Positions 30,821 through 40,856 are shown, counted from the first letter of the stretch. The stretch: DNA of 64,000 bases from Xanthobacteraceae bacterium (GCA_035764045.1 DASTZX010000118.1:146-64145), one strand, 5' to 3'. Translations and numbers: made by a program. Notes: generated by a model not told the origin, from the sequence alone.

Positions 30821-32268
30821 GCGGCATTCTCCTCGAGGGCGGCCGCGACCGCCGCGTGATCGCTGAAGGGCAGTGTCTGCTTGCCCACGATCTGGCCGGT
30901 TTCATGACCCTTGCCCGCGATCAACAGCACGTCGCCCATGGCGAGCTCGCCGACGGCCCGGCGGATCGCCTCGCGGCGATCGCCGACCTCGACCGCGCCG
31001 GGCGCCGCGGCGAGAATTGCGGCGCGGATCTTGGCCGGTTCCTCGCTGCGCGGATTGTCGTCGGTGACGATGACACGGTCGGCCTTCTCGGCCGCGATCG
31101 CGCCCATCAACGGCCGCTTGCCGTGGTCGCGATCGCCGCCCGCGCCGAAGACCACGACGAGGCGACGCTTGACGTAAGGGCGCAACGCATCGATCGCCTT
31201 GGCAAGCGCGTCGGGCTTGTGCGCATAATCGACGAAGATCGGCGCGCTATTGTGACTTCCGACCAGTTCGAGCCGTCCTCTGGCACCTTCGAGCCGCTCG
31301 AGCGCCGCGAATACCGCGGCCGGCTCGCCGCCGCTCGCGATCGCCTGGCCGGCGGCGACGAGCGCATTCTCCACTTGGAACCCGCCGACCAGCGGCAGCC
31401 GCACCGCGAATGTCTTGCCCTCGTGTATCAGGCGAAGCGTCTGCCCAAAACCCTCGATCGCGGCGTCGGCGAGGCGGATCCCCTTCCCGCTCCGTCCCAC
31501 CGTCATGACGGCAAGGCCGCGCCGCCGCGCCGCCGCCTCGACCAGCGCAGCCTCCGCGCTATCGGCCGCAATGACCACGCTGCCGTCCGCCCGTACGATG
31601 CGTTCGAACAGGATCAGCTTGGCCTTGAAATAGGCTTCCGGCGTCGCGTGATAATCGAGATGATCGCGCGTGAGATTCGTGAAGCTCGCGACGGCGATCC
31701 GGACGCCGTCGAGGCGATGCTGGTCGAGGCCATGCGAGGACGCCTCGATCGCGAGATGGCTGACCTCGGCGCGCGCGAGCTCGTCGAGGGTGCGATGCAG
31801 GTCGACCGGATCGGGCGTGGTGAGCGAGCCGTAGACGGTGCGCTCGGGCGTGACCAGCCCGATCGTGCCGATGCTTGCCGCGCGGCGGCCGAGCGCCGTC
31901 CAGATCTGGCGCGTGAAGGCCGCAACCGAGGTCTTGCCGCTCGTCCCCGTCACTGCCGCGATGATGTCCGGCTGGCGCGGGAAGAATGTCGCCGCCACGA
32001 GCGCGAGCGCGCGCCGCACGTTGCCGACCTGCACGAAGGCGATATCGTCGGGCAGCGCCGGCGGCCGCTGCTGCCCCATGACGGCGACCGCACCGGCCGC
32101 AAGCGCCTGCGGGACGAAGGCCAACCCGTCGGTCTTGGTTCCGGGAACCGCGACGAACAGGAACCCCGGTTTCACGGTGCGGCTGTCGGCGGAAACCCCG
32201 GCGATCGCCCGCGCCTCGAAGCGCGCTTCGCAGCGGGCATCCTCGCACAGCAGGTCGCGCAGCTTCAT
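30817..32268 (-). CDS. murE: UDP-N-acetylmuramoyl-L-alanyl-D-glutamate--2,6-diaminopimelate ligase
   Basis: VTGTSGKTSVAAF..., DNPR motif (VTDDNPRSE). Confidence 0.95.
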   Translation of the reverse strand: MKLRDLLCEDARCEARFEARAIAGVSADSRTVKPGFLFVAVPGTKTDGLAFVPQALAAGAVAVMGQQRPPALPDDIAFVQVGNVRRALALVAATFFPRQPDIIAAVTGTSGKTSVAAFTRQIWTALGRRAASIGTIGLVTPERTVYGSLTTPDPVDLHRTLDELARAEVSHLAIEASSHGLDQHRLDGVRIAVASFTNLTRDHLDYHATPEAYFKAKLILFERIVRADGSVVIAADSAEAALVEAAARRRGLAVMTVGRSGKGIRLADAAIEGFGQTLRLIHEGKTFAVRLPLVGGFQVENALVAAGQAIASGGEPAAVFAALERLEGARGRLELVGSHNSAPIFVDYAHKPDALAKAIDALRPYVKRRLVVVFGAGGDRDHGKRPLMGAIAAEKADRVIVTDDNPRSEEPAKIRAAILAAAPGAVEVGDRREAIRRAVGELAMGDVLLIAGKGHETGQIVGKQTLPFSDHAAVAAALEENAA

Positions 32269-32329
32269 TTGAGGCCCTTCACCGGCCCGCTCCCCCGCGG
32301 ATTCGCGCGCTCGGAACCGGAGTGCCGGT

Positions 32330-34099
32330 TTAGCGCGAGTCTTTGACGGAAGCGAGGATCAAGCGGTCGGCGGGGGGCAGCTCGAACCGCGGCTCGACGC
32401 CCAGGAGCGGCGCAACCCGGGAGATCACCTTGGCGGCCACCGGCACCGCGTTCCATCCGGACGTGGCAAATCCATGCGTTTCCGCGATCGCCTGGGGCTC
32501 GTCGAGCATGACCAGCACCAGGTAACGCGGGTCGTCGGCGGGCAGCACCGCCATCACGTCGGTCATCAGGCGGGTCTTGACGTAATGCCCCCCGAACACC
32601 TTCTCGGCGGTGCCGGTCTTGGCGCCGACATAATAGCCCGGAACGTCGGCCTTGGTCGCCGTGCCCTTCTCGGCATTGAGCCGCATCAGGTAGCGCATCA
32701 TCGCGCTGGTCTGCGGCTTGATCACGGGTTTGGCCAAGGCGCGCGCGTCGGCTTCCGAGCGCTTGAGGAAGGTCGGCGGGATGAGCATCCCGCCATTCAT
32801 CAGCGCCGCGACTCCCATCACGGCCTGCAGCGGCGCAACCGAGAGCCCGTGGCCGAACGAGATGGTGGCGGTGTTCACCTCCGCCCAATGCTTCGGCACC
32901 ATCGGCTCGCGACTTTCCGGCAGCTCGGTCTTGAGCCGGTCGAGCTGACCCATCTTGCGCAGGAATGCCTGGTGACCCGCGATGCCGATGGCGCGCGCCA
33001 TCATGGCAGCGCCGATATTGGAGGAATAGGTGAAGACCTCGGACGTGCTCAGCATGCGGTGCTGGGCATGATAGTCGTCGATGGTGAAGCGGCCGTAATG
33101 CAGCGGCGTCCGCGCGTCGAACATCGAGTTCAAGGTGAAGCGGCCGGAGTCGAGCGCCATCGCGACGGTGAACGCCTTGAAAGTCGACCCCATCTCGTAG
33201 AGGCCGTAGGTCAGGCGATTGACACGATCCTTGTCGAGAGCCTCGCGCGGGTTGTTCGGGTCGTAGTCGGGCTCGGACGCCATGGCGATGACCTCGCCGG
33301 TACGCACCGCATAGATGAGGCCCGCCGAGGCTTTGGCCTTGTACTTCTCACGTGCGGCGATGAGCTCGTCGCGCAATGCATGCTGGACGCGGATATCGAG
33401 CGCGAGCTCGACCGGCTCCTGCTGACGATCGGACGCGAATCCCGCCCGATGCAGGTCGGCGAGCCCCTGCCCGTCGAGCCAGTTCTCGATTCCGGCCACG
33501 CCCTGATTGTCGACATTGACATAGCCGAGCACGTGCGATGCTTCCGGCCCGTCGGGATAGATGCGCTTGTTCTCCGTCACGAAGCCGATGCCGGGAATTC
33601 CCAGCCGATGCACTTCCTCCTGCTGCTTGGGCGTGATCTCGCGCTTGAGCCAGGCGAAGCCGCGCCGGCCGCCGAGCCGTTGACGCAACTCGGTCGTGTC
33701 GAGGTCGGGCATCACGGCGGTCAGGAGTTCGCTCGCCTCGTCGACGTCGATCACCCGGCGCGGTTCCGCGAACAGCGAGGGACGTTTCACGTCGGTCGCA
33801 AGAACCTCGCCATTGCGATCGACAATATCGGGACGGGCGGTTGCGACCGCATCGCCCGTCCCCGTGTGCCGTTCCGGATGGCTGTCGGGAACGAGTGCGA
33901 AGAACACGAGCTTGCCGGCGATCACGCAATAGATGGCGACAAAACCGAGCATGGCGAGCCCAAGCCGAGCCCGCGCTTTGCGGTCACGATCGACATTGTC
34001 GCCATAGAGCAGCGCCTGCACCAGCCGGCGGTGCCATGCCATCGCGGGCGGGCGGACAGTCGAACCGGAAGAGAGGTCGGCGGCCAGGGCGGCGTTCAT
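32330..34099 (-). CDS. ftsI: Peptidoglycan D,D-transpeptidase FtsI (PBP3)
   Basis: N-terminal TM segment, PBP dimerisation and transpeptidase domains (GSTFK, SSN, KTGT). The ATG at 34099 is preferred (GAGGTG SD) over the ATG at 34126. Confidence 0.92.
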   Translation of the reverse strand: MNAALAADLSSGSTVRPPAMAWHRRLVQALLYGDNVDRDRKARARLGLAMLGFVAIYCVIAGKLVFFALVPDSHPERHTGTGDAVATARPDIVDRNGEVLATDVKRPSLFAEPRRVIDVDEASELLTAVMPDLDTTELRQRLGGRRGFAWLKREITPKQQEEVHRLGIPGIGFVTENKRIYPDGPEASHVLGYVNVDNQGVAGIENWLDGQGLADLHRAGFASDRQQEPVELALDIRVQHALRDELIAAREKYKAKASAGLIYAVRTGEVIAMASEPDYDPNNPREALDKDRVNRLTYGLYEMGSTFKAFTVAMALDSGRFTLNSMFDARTPLHYGRFTIDDYHAQHRMLSTSEVFTYSSNIGAAMMARAIGIAGHQAFLRKMGQLDRLKTELPESREPMVPKHWAEVNTATISFGHGLSVAPLQAVMGVAALMNGGMLIPPTFLKRSEADARALAKPVIKPQTSAMMRYLMRLNAEKGTATKADVPGYYVGAKTGTAEKVFGGHYVKTRLMTDVMAVLPADDPRYLVLVMLDEPQAIAETHGFATSGWNAVPVAAKVISRVAPLLGVEPRFELPPADRLILASVKDSR

Positions 34100-34103
34100 G
34101 GGG

Positions 34104-34478
34104 TCACCTCGCCCGCGCCGGCGCATTGATGCTGCCGGTCACGTCGCGCGGCGCCTGGTCGATCATGGCGCCGATCGGGTCGATGTCCGCGCCGGCCGGA
34201 ACGGCGGGGCGCTCGGGCAGACGCGCAAAGTTATCGAACTGGGTGGCATCGATCTGGCGGAGCTTGAGATGGCGCTCGGCAAGACCCTGGATGCGGCCGG
34301 GATTGTCGAGCTGAGACCATTCTGCCCGCAGCGACGCGATCGCGTCGCGCTCGCGACGCAGGTCGGCGGCGAGCTTGGCGACCCGTTCGGCCTGCAACGC
34401 CGAATCGAACTTGAGTTTGTAAACGGAGGCGGCGGCGCTCACGAGCGCCGCGACGACGATGAGGTGCAGGAGCCGCAT
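34104..34478 (-). CDS. ftsL: Cell division protein FtsL (alphaproteobacterial type)
   Basis: MRLLHLIVVAALVSAAASVYKLKFDSALQAERVAKLAADLRRERDAIASLRAEWSQL: a TM segment plus coiled coil, between rsmH and ftsI. An alternative GTG start at 34487 is possible. Confidence 0.7.
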   Translation of the reverse strand: MRLLHLIVVAALVSAAASVYKLKFDSALQAERVAKLAADLRRERDAIASLRAEWSQLDNPGRIQGLAERHLKLRQIDATQFDNFARLPERPAVPAGADIDPIGAMIDQAPRDVTGSINAPARAR

Positions 34479-34483
34479 GCCCG

Positions 34484-35518
34484 TCACCCCTTGCGCAGAA
34501 CGTCCGCGAGCGAGGGCAGCTGCGGCACCACCGGCTCATGGTCCCTGTCCGCCGGCGCGGCGGTGCGCTCGCCGGCGCGCAGCTTGGCCGAGCGCGCCCG
34601 CGGATTCGCCGCCAGCTCCGCCTCGTCGGGACCAATCGGACGCTTGGTGACAATGGAGAAGCTCGCCGGGCGCGGCGCAGCCTGCGGGAGGTGACGTGAG
34701 CCCGCACGGCTGCCGGCGTGCTCGACAAAGAACGTCTTGACCATCCGGTCCTCGAGCGAATGGAACGAGACGACGACCAGGCGTCCGCCCGGCTTGAGGA
34801 TGCGCTCGGCTGCCATCAGGCCACGCGCGAGCTCGCCGAGCTCGTCATTGACGTAGAGCCGCAGCGCCTGGAATGTGCGGGTCGCCGGATGGATATCGCC
34901 CGGCCGCATGCGCACCACGCGCGCGACGACCTCGGCCAGCCCCGCGGTGGTGCGGATCGGCGCCTGTGCGCGTGCCTGCACAATGGCGCGAGCGACCGCC
35001 CGCGCGCGCCGCTCCTCGCCGAGAAGGAAGATGATGTCCGCGAGCGTGCGCTCGGATGCCGACGCGATCACGTCGGCGGCACTCGGCCCGCTCCCCTCCA
35101 TGCGCATGTCGAGCGGCCCCTCGAGGCGGAACGAGAAGCCGCGCTCTGCCTGATCGAGCTGCATCGACGAGACGCCGAGATCGAGCACGACACCGTCCGC
35201 CGCCTCGATGGCGAAGCCGGCCGCGATTTCGTCGAGCGTCGAGAAGCGGGCCTGTGCGACGGTGAGCCGGCCGCCCGCGGCCTCGACCAGGCCGGCCCCC
35301 TGCGCGACCGCGCCCTGGTCGCGGTCGAGCGCCAGCACCTTGCAGTCCGCCGCCGCAAGGATCGCGCGCGAATACCCGCCGGCTCCGAATGTGCCGTCGA
35401 TGTAGATGCCGCCCGCACGGATGTTGAGATGCTCGACCGCCGGTCGGACGAGCACGGGAATGTGGCGGGCCAGTCCGCCAGCGACCCCCGTGTCTTCGGA
35501 GGCGCGGCCCGTCATCAT
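34484..35518 (-). CDS. rsmH: 16S rRNA (cytosine1402-N4)-methyltransferase
   Basis: ATG at 35518 gives [54 protein letters not shown]... The track ORF to 36112 is a 5' artefact. Confidence 0.93.
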   Translation of the reverse strand: MMTGRASEDTGVAGGLARHIPVLVRPAVEHLNIRAGGIYIDGTFGAGGYSRAILAAADCKVLALDRDQGAVAQGAGLVEAAGGRLTVAQARFSTLDEIAAGFAIEAADGVVLDLGVSSMQLDQAERGFSFRLEGPLDMRMEGSGPSAADVIASASERTLADIIFLLGEERRARAVARAIVQARAQAPIRTTAGLAEVVARVVRMRPGDIHPATRTFQALRLYVNDELGELARGLMAAERILKPGGRLVVVSFHSLEDRMVKTFFVEHAGSRAGSRHLPQAAPRPASFSIVTKRPIGPDEAELAANPRARSAKLRAGERTAAPADRDHEPVVPQLPSLADVLRKG

Positions 35519-35991
35519 TCCCGTGCCCCGTCGTCCGAGGCCGGACGCTCGGAGCCGAGGCGCTTCGTCAGGTTGCGCACCGTCGCGGTGGCCGTCGCGA
35601 GATGCGCCGCGAAACGCTGCGGCTCCCAGATCTGGAACTTGTGGCCGAGGCCCACGAACGCGACCGCGTCGGTGATCCCGGCATGGGACTTCAAACCCTC
35701 CGGCAGAACGATCCGCCCCTCCTTGTCGATCGTCATGGTCTCGCTCCTGCCGTAGAGCGCGACCAGGAACTCCTCCCGCTGCCCCGAGTAGGGCGCAAAC
35801 CGGTTCACCAAGGCCTCGATCTCGGCGAGCAGGGCTTGCCCGCCGGCATCGATCGCCGGCTGGTCGAGCGCCGGGTAGCAATAGAGTCCCGCGAAACCGT
35901 CGCGGGCGAGCACTGACCGAAACGAAGCCGGGATCGAGACGCGTCCCTTGGCGTCGAGCCGCAAGGTGGTGTTCGACACGAAGCGGTCCAT
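35515..35991 (-). CDS. mraZ: Transcriptional regulator MraZ
   Basis: ATG at 35991 gives [28 protein letters not shown]...[14 protein letters not shown]..., two SpoVT/AbrB-like repeats. Overlaps the rsmH start by 4 nt. Confidence 0.93.
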   Translation of the reverse strand: MDRFVSNTTLRLDAKGRVSIPASFRSVLARDGFAGLYCYPALDQPAIDAGGQALLAEIEALVNRFAPYSGQREEFLVALYGRSETMTIDKEGRIVLPEGLKSHAGITDAVAFVGLGHKFQIWEPQRFAAHLATATATVRNLTKRLGSERPASDDGARE

Positions 35992-36090
35992 ACGCACCCG
36001 CACTCCACGCCGACTGGGCGCCGGGCAGCGCCCCCCACACCCCAAACGCGGCCGACCTGCCGGCAGATACCGGGGAAAGGGCCAAATCGC

Positions 36091-36135
36091 CTGGGTATTC
36101 TTGGGATACCATGGGATAATATGGGCGTCAATGGA
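36091..36135. promoter_or_regulatory. 10-bp-phased TGGG direct-repeat array (candidate MraZ operator) in the mraZ / phosphatase divergent promoter region
   Basis: cTGGGtattc tTGGGatacc aTGGGataat aTGGGcgtca aTGGaaccgc, with TGGG at 36092, 36102, 36112 and 36122 and TGG at 36132. The array lies 100-145 nt upstream of the mraZ ATG. Confidence 0.5.
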
Positions 36136-36237
36136 ACCGCCCTGCCCATTGGCCACTCACCTGTGGGCAGATCAATTTCATTAGCGGCTGTTAGACTTAA
36201 GGAAGCGTTGCCGAGCCCATCCGGGAGCTTGCCGCCG

Positions 36238-36978
36238 ATGCGGATCGCCCTCATGTCCGACGTGCACGGGAATCGGGAGGCTTTTGCCGCCTGTCTCGAG
36301 CATGCGGCCGAGAACGGCATCGATCGTTATGTCTTCCTGGGCGATTACGCCGGCTACGGCGCCGATCCAGGCTGGGTGATCGACACCGTCGGCGATCATG
36401 TGGGGCGCGGCGCGATCGCCCTGCTCGGCAACCACGATGCCGCCGTGCTCGGCACCAGCGTCGGGATGAACCCGGTCGCCGCCGATGCGATCGACTGGAC
36501 GCGCGGGCAGCTCGACGAGCGGCAGCGCCGATTCCTCGCCGACCTGCCACTCTCGGTCGAAGACGATGACCGCCTCTATGTTCATTCCAGCGCCTTCGAG
36601 CCCGATGCCTGGCACTACGTCACCGATCTCTACGCCGCGTCGCGCAGCCTGATGGCGACCCAGGCGCACGCCACGTTCTGCGGCCACACCCACGTGCCCG
36701 CTCTTTTCCATATGTCTCGGACCGGCAAGTTCGCGAGCTTCGATCCGGTCGAGCGCGTGGAGATTCCCCTCACGCCACAGCGCCGCTGGCTTGCGGTCCT
36801 CGGTTCGGTCGGCCAGCCGCGCGATCGCGACCCCGCCGCCTGCTACGCCATCCTCGACGACGCGGCTTACGCGCTCACCTATATGCGCGTGCCCTACGAC
36901 ATCGAACGGGCGGCCCGGAAGATCCTCGACGCCGGCCTGCCCGCCATGCTCGCCGCTCGGCTGTTCGATGGATATTGA
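36238..36978 (+). CDS. Metallophosphoesterase (PPP-type Ser/Thr phosphatase-like)
   Basis: ATG at 36238 gives MRIALMSDVHGNREAF...VFLGDYAGYG...LLGNHD...CGHTHVP, i.e. the DxH / GDxxxxG / GNHD / GHTH motifs. Confidence 0.8.
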   Translation: MRIALMSDVHGNREAFAACLEHAAENGIDRYVFLGDYAGYGADPGWVIDTVGDHVGRGAIALLGNHDAAVLGTSVGMNPVAADAIDWTRGQLDERQRRFLADLPLSVEDDDRLYVHSSAFEPDAWHYVTDLYAASRSLMATQAHATFCGHTHVPALFHMSRTGKFASFDPVERVEIPLTPQRRWLAVLGSVGQPRDRDPAACYAILDDAAYALTYMRVPYDIERAARKILDAGLPAMLAARLFDGY

Positions 36979-38410
36979 GCGGGACAGCGGCGACATGAAC
37001 CCCAAGCGCCTGGAAGCCGGGCAGGTCATCGACGGCTTCACGCTCGAGCAGCCGCTCCCGCCCGGCGGCATGGCGAGCTTTTGGCGGGTCAGCCGGCCCG
37101 GCACCGACATGCCGATGCTCATGAAGATCCCGCTCATGCGCCGCGGCGAGGATCCCATCACCATCGTCGGCTTCGAGGTCGAGCAGATGATCCTGGCGCG
37201 GCTCACGGGGCCGCATGTGCCGCGCTTCGTCGCGGCCGGCGATTTCGAGCAACCCTATATCGTGATGGAGTTCATCGCCGGCCGACCGGTGAAGTCCTTC
37301 CTCGACAACACTCCGCTGCCGCCGGCGCAGGTGGCGGACATCGGCGCGCGCATTGCGTTCGCGCTGCACGACCTTCACCGCCAGCACGTGATCCATCTCG
37401 ATCTCAAGCCGAGCAACGTCATCCTGCGCGATGACGGCGAGGCCGTGCTGATCGACTTCGGCCTGTCGCGCCACGACCAGTTGCCCGATCTCGTCGCCGA
37501 GGAATTCGACGATCCCGTCGGCACCGGGCCGTACGTCGCGCCCGAGCAGGTGCTGCGCGACCGCGGCGATCCCCGCAGCGACATCTTCGCGCTCGGCGTC
37601 ATCCTGTATTTCCTCGCCACCGGCGAACGGCCCTTCGGCGAGCCGCAGCGCGCTGCCGAATGGCGCCGCCGGCTCTGGCGCGATCCGGTGCCGCCGCGGC
37701 GCCGCAACGAGAAGATTCCCCCTTGGCTGCAGGAGATCATCCTGCACTGCCTCGAGGTCGACCCGGGGGAGCGCTATGCGACCGCGGCGCAGCTCGCGTT
37801 CGATCTCCAGCATCCCGAGCAGGTCGTGTTGACGGCGCGTGCGGAGCGGCGCGAGCGCGACGGATGGCCGACCGTCCTGATGCGCAGGCTGCGGACCCCC
37901 AAGCGGCTTCCGCCGCGCGACCGCACGCTGTCGGGATTGCTCGCCGGCGCGCCGATCGTCCTGGCGGCCATCGATCTGGCGCCGGAGGGGGCGGAATTGC
38001 GCGAGGCGCTGGCCGTCGCCGTGCGGCGGGTGCTCACGACGTCGCCGGGCGCGCGCCTCGCCTGCGTGAACGTGCTCAAGACGTCGCGCATCATGGTTGA
38101 TCCCGAAACCGACGCACACGGGCGCAATCTGCATCTGCAGCGGCTGATCGAGCTCAAGCGCTGGACGCGTGCGCTGCCGATCGCGGCGGAGCGCGTCACC
38201 TATCATGTGATCGAAGCGGTCGACCCCGCCGCCGCACTGGTCGACTATGCGCGCCACACCCGGATCGATCATATCGTCATCGGCGCGCGCGGCAGCTCGC
38301 CCGTGCGCCGCCTGCTCGGCAGCGTATCGGCGAAAGTGGTGGCGGAGGCACCCTGCACCGTCACCGTGGTGCGGCTGCGCCAAGAGCCGGGCGCCGCAGC
38401 GTCCGGCTGA
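36968..38410 (+). CDS. Hanks-type Ser/Thr protein kinase (non-RD) fused to a C-terminal universal stress protein (USP) domain
   Basis: The ATG at 36968 overlaps the phosphatase end by 11 nt. Catalytic loop HLDLKPSN (L in place of the RD arginine), DFG, GTGPYVAPE. The C-terminus IVLAAIDL...IDHIVIGARGSSPVRRLLGSVSAKVVAEAPCTVTVV is USP-like. Confidence 0.85.
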   Translation: MDIERDSGDMNPKRLEAGQVIDGFTLEQPLPPGGMASFWRVSRPGTDMPMLMKIPLMRRGEDPITIVGFEVEQMILARLTGPHVPRFVAAGDFEQPYIVMEFIAGRPVKSFLDNTPLPPAQVADIGARIAFALHDLHRQHVIHLDLKPSNVILRDDGEAVLIDFGLSRHDQLPDLVAEEFDDPVGTGPYVAPEQVLRDRGDPRSDIFALGVILYFLATGERPFGEPQRAAEWRRRLWRDPVPPRRRNEKIPPWLQEIILHCLEVDPGERYATAAQLAFDLQHPEQVVLTARAERRERDGWPTVLMRRLRTPKRLPPRDRTLSGLLAGAPIVLAAIDLAPEGAELREALAVAVRRVLTTSPGARLACVNVLKTSRIMVDPETDAHGRNLHLQRLIELKRWTRALPIAAERVTYHVIEAVDPAAALVDYARHTRIDHIVIGARGSSPVRRLLGSVSAKVVAEAPCTVTVVRLRQEPGAAASG

Positions 38411-38460
38411 CCCCCTCGTCTTTCGTCGCTTCGCCCGTCATGTCGCGCTAAATTGCACCC

Positions 38461-39222
38461 ATGAGCTTCCCTCCCGATTCGCCCCTGGTCGCCCGCGTGG
38501 TTGCCTCGCCCAATCATGAGACGCGCCACGGCGTGGCGCAGCCGGACATTCTGCTTCTGCATTATACCGGCATGAACACCACGCAGGGCGCGCTCGAGCG
38601 CCTGTGCGATCCGGCCGCACGCGTGTCCTCGCACTATCTCGTGTTCGAGGACGGCCGCATCCTCCAGCTCGTTCCCGAAAGCGAGCGCGCCTTTCATGCC
38701 GGCGAGTCGTCCTGGGAAGGTACGCGCGACATCAACTCGCGCTCGATCGGCATCGAAATCGGCAATCAGGGGCATGACGAGGGCTGTCCGGAATTCCCCG
38801 ACGTGCAGATCGAGGCCGTCATCGCGCTCACGCGCGACATTCTCGCCCGCCGGACGATCGCGCCGTTCCGCGTGCTCGCCCATTCCGACGTCGCGCCCGC
38901 CCGCAAGCGCGACCCCGGCGAGCGATTCCCGTGGGCGCGGCTGGCGGCGGCCGGCGTCGGCGTGTGGATCGAGCCGGAGCCGGTCGCTCCCGGCAGCGCG
39001 CTCAGGCCGGGCGATCGCGGCGCGCAAGTCGCCGAACTGCAGCGGGCGCTCGCCGATTACGGCTATGGCGTCGCGCCGAGCGGCCTCTACGACGCTGCCA
39101 CCGAGGAGGTGGTCACCGCCTTCCAGCGCCATTTCCGCCCGGCCCGCGTCGACGGAATCGCGGACACATCGACAACGGCGACGCTGAAAAAGCTACTGGC
39201 GCGGAGAGCCGCAAGCGCGTGA
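38461..39222 (+). CDS. N-acetylmuramoyl-L-alanine amidase (Amidase_2, AmpD/AmiD type) with C-terminal peptidoglycan-binding domain
   Basis: ...LLLHYTGM...SSHYLVFEDGRILQLVPESERAFHAGES...SIGIEI...HSDVAPARKRDPG..., then the PG_binding segment GDRGAQVAELQRALADYGY. Confidence 0.88.
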   Translation: MSFPPDSPLVARVVASPNHETRHGVAQPDILLLHYTGMNTTQGALERLCDPAARVSSHYLVFEDGRILQLVPESERAFHAGESSWEGTRDINSRSIGIEIGNQGHDEGCPEFPDVQIEAVIALTRDILARRTIAPFRVLAHSDVAPARKRDPGERFPWARLAAAGVGVWIEPEPVAPGSALRPGDRGAQVAELQRALADYGYGVAPSGLYDAATEEVVTAFQRHFRPARVDGIADTSTTATLKKLLARRAASA

Positions 39223-39236
39223 AGCCAGGCCTGAAG

Positions 39237-40013
39237 CTAGGCGTGCTCCTCGATCACGCTGGCGCGCACGTCGTCCTCGATCAGACGCCAGATGTGGTCG
39301 ACGTAGCGCACGAAGTCCGGCGTGCGCTTGATGTCGAGGGTGCGCGGGCGCGGCAGCGCGACCTCGACGTTCTCCTGCACACGGCCTGGGCGGCGCGCGA
39401 AGACCAGGACGCGATCGGAGAGAAACACCGCTTCGTCGATCTGATGCGTGACGAACAGCACGGTCTTGCGGCCCTGCTCCCAGATGCGAAGCAGCTCGGT
39501 CTGCATGATCTCGCGTGTCTGCGCGTCGAGCGCCGAGAACGGCTCGTCCATCAGCAGGATATCCGGGTCGATCGCAAGCGCGCGCGCGAGGTTGACGCGC
39601 TGGCGCATGCCGCCCGAGAGCTGGCGCGGGTGATAATGTTCGAATCCCTCGAGCCCGACCAGCTTCAACAGCTCGAGCGTGCGCCGCCGCGCCGCTGCGT
39701 CGGCCTGGCCGGCGATCTCGGGCCCGATCATCGCATTGGCGAGCACGCTGCGCCACGGCAGCAGGTTGTCGTTCTGGAACACGAAGCCGCGGTCGCCGCC
39801 CGGCTTGGTGACCGGCTTGCCGTCGATCCGCACCTCGCCCGAGGTCGCCGGCTCAAGCCCCGCGACGATGCGCAGGAACGTCGTCTTGCCGCAGCCGCTC
39901 GGGCCGACCAGCGAGATGAACTCGCCGGGCGCGACCGTAAGGTTGATCGCACGCAGCGCCTCGAGCGCGTCGAAACGCTTGGTGAGCCCGGAGGCAGCGA
40001 GTTTGGCGGTCAT
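39237..40013 (-). CDS. ABC transporter ATP-binding protein (NitT/TauT family)
   Basis: Walker A GPSGCGKTT, signature LSGGMRQRV, Walker B ILLMDEPF. Confidence 0.9.
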   Translation of the reverse strand: MTAKLAASGLTKRFDALEALRAINLTVAPGEFISLVGPSGCGKTTFLRIVAGLEPATSGEVRIDGKPVTKPGGDRGFVFQNDNLLPWRSVLANAMIGPEIAGQADAAARRRTLELLKLVGLEGFEHYHPRQLSGGMRQRVNLARALAIDPDILLMDEPFSALDAQTREIMQTELLRIWEQGRKTVLFVTHQIDEAVFLSDRVLVFARRPGRVQENVEVALPRPRTLDIKRTPDFVRYVDHIWRLIEDDVRASVIEEHA

Positions 40014-40014
40014 C

Positions 40015-40854
40015 TCAATCTCGCGTCCATGGCACGAGCTTGCCTTCGAGCCAGCCGAACCCGGCAGTCATCGCGATTCCCGCGACCGCCAGCACCACCA
40101 CGCCGGCGAACAGCTCCGGCATGTTGAAGGCGTCCGCCGACTGGCTGATCAGCCGTCCCAGCCCGGCGCGCGATCCGAACAGCTCGGCGACCACGACTGC
40201 GATGAGCCCGCGGCCGATGCCGAGCTTGAGACCGGCGAGGATGAACGGTGTCGCCGAGGGCAGCGACACCTTGATGAAGATCTGCCGCGGCGTCGCTCCG
40301 AAGCTGCGCAGCATCTCGATCAGCCGCGGGCTGGTCGTGCGCAGCCCCGCCTCGGTGTTGATGGTCACCGGGAACAACACCAGCAGGATCACGACCAGAA
40401 CCTTCGACCAGATGCCGATGCCGAACCACAGGATGAACAAGGGCGCGAGCGCGATGGTTGGCGTGGCATAGAGGCCGGAGATCCACGGCTGCGAGACCTG
40501 CTTCGCGAGCACGCTGCTCGCCATCGCAAGCCCGAGCGCGATCCCGATCACGCTCGCGATCGCGTAACCGATCACGAATTCGAGTCCGCTGACGGCGATG
40601 TGCCGCCCGAGCTCGCCGCTCGCGCTGAGCGAGAGGACCGCCACGAAGATCTGCGACGGCGCCGCGAGAAAGAGCGGATTGGCCACCACGAACCGGCTCA
40701 GCACCTCCCACAGCGCAAGGCCGCAGGCGATCGACACGAGGCCCGCCAGATAGTGACGGCGCAGCGACGCGGCCCATGCGCGCGGCGCCGACGGCTGCGG
40801 CGCGGCCGCCGGAGCAGCCGGTCGAGAAGCGCTCTGGATATCGGCGGCAGTCAT
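40015..40854 (-). CDS. ABC transporter permease (NitT/TauT family)
   Basis: Six TM helices and BPD-transport-type EAA-like region; 1-nt gap to the ATPase gene. Confidence 0.9.
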   Translation of the reverse strand: MTAADIQSASRPAAPAAAPQPSAPRAWAASLRRHYLAGLVSIACGLALWEVLSRFVVANPLFLAAPSQIFVAVLSLSASGELGRHIAVSGLEFVIGYAIASVIGIALGLAMASSVLAKQVSQPWISGLYATPTIALAPLFILWFGIGIWSKVLVVILLVLFPVTINTEAGLRTTSPRLIEMLRSFGATPRQIFIKVSLPSATPFILAGLKLGIGRGLIAVVVAELFGSRAGLGRLISQSADAFNMPELFAGVVVLAVAGIAMTAGFGWLEGKLVPWTRD

Positions 40855-40856
40855 GG

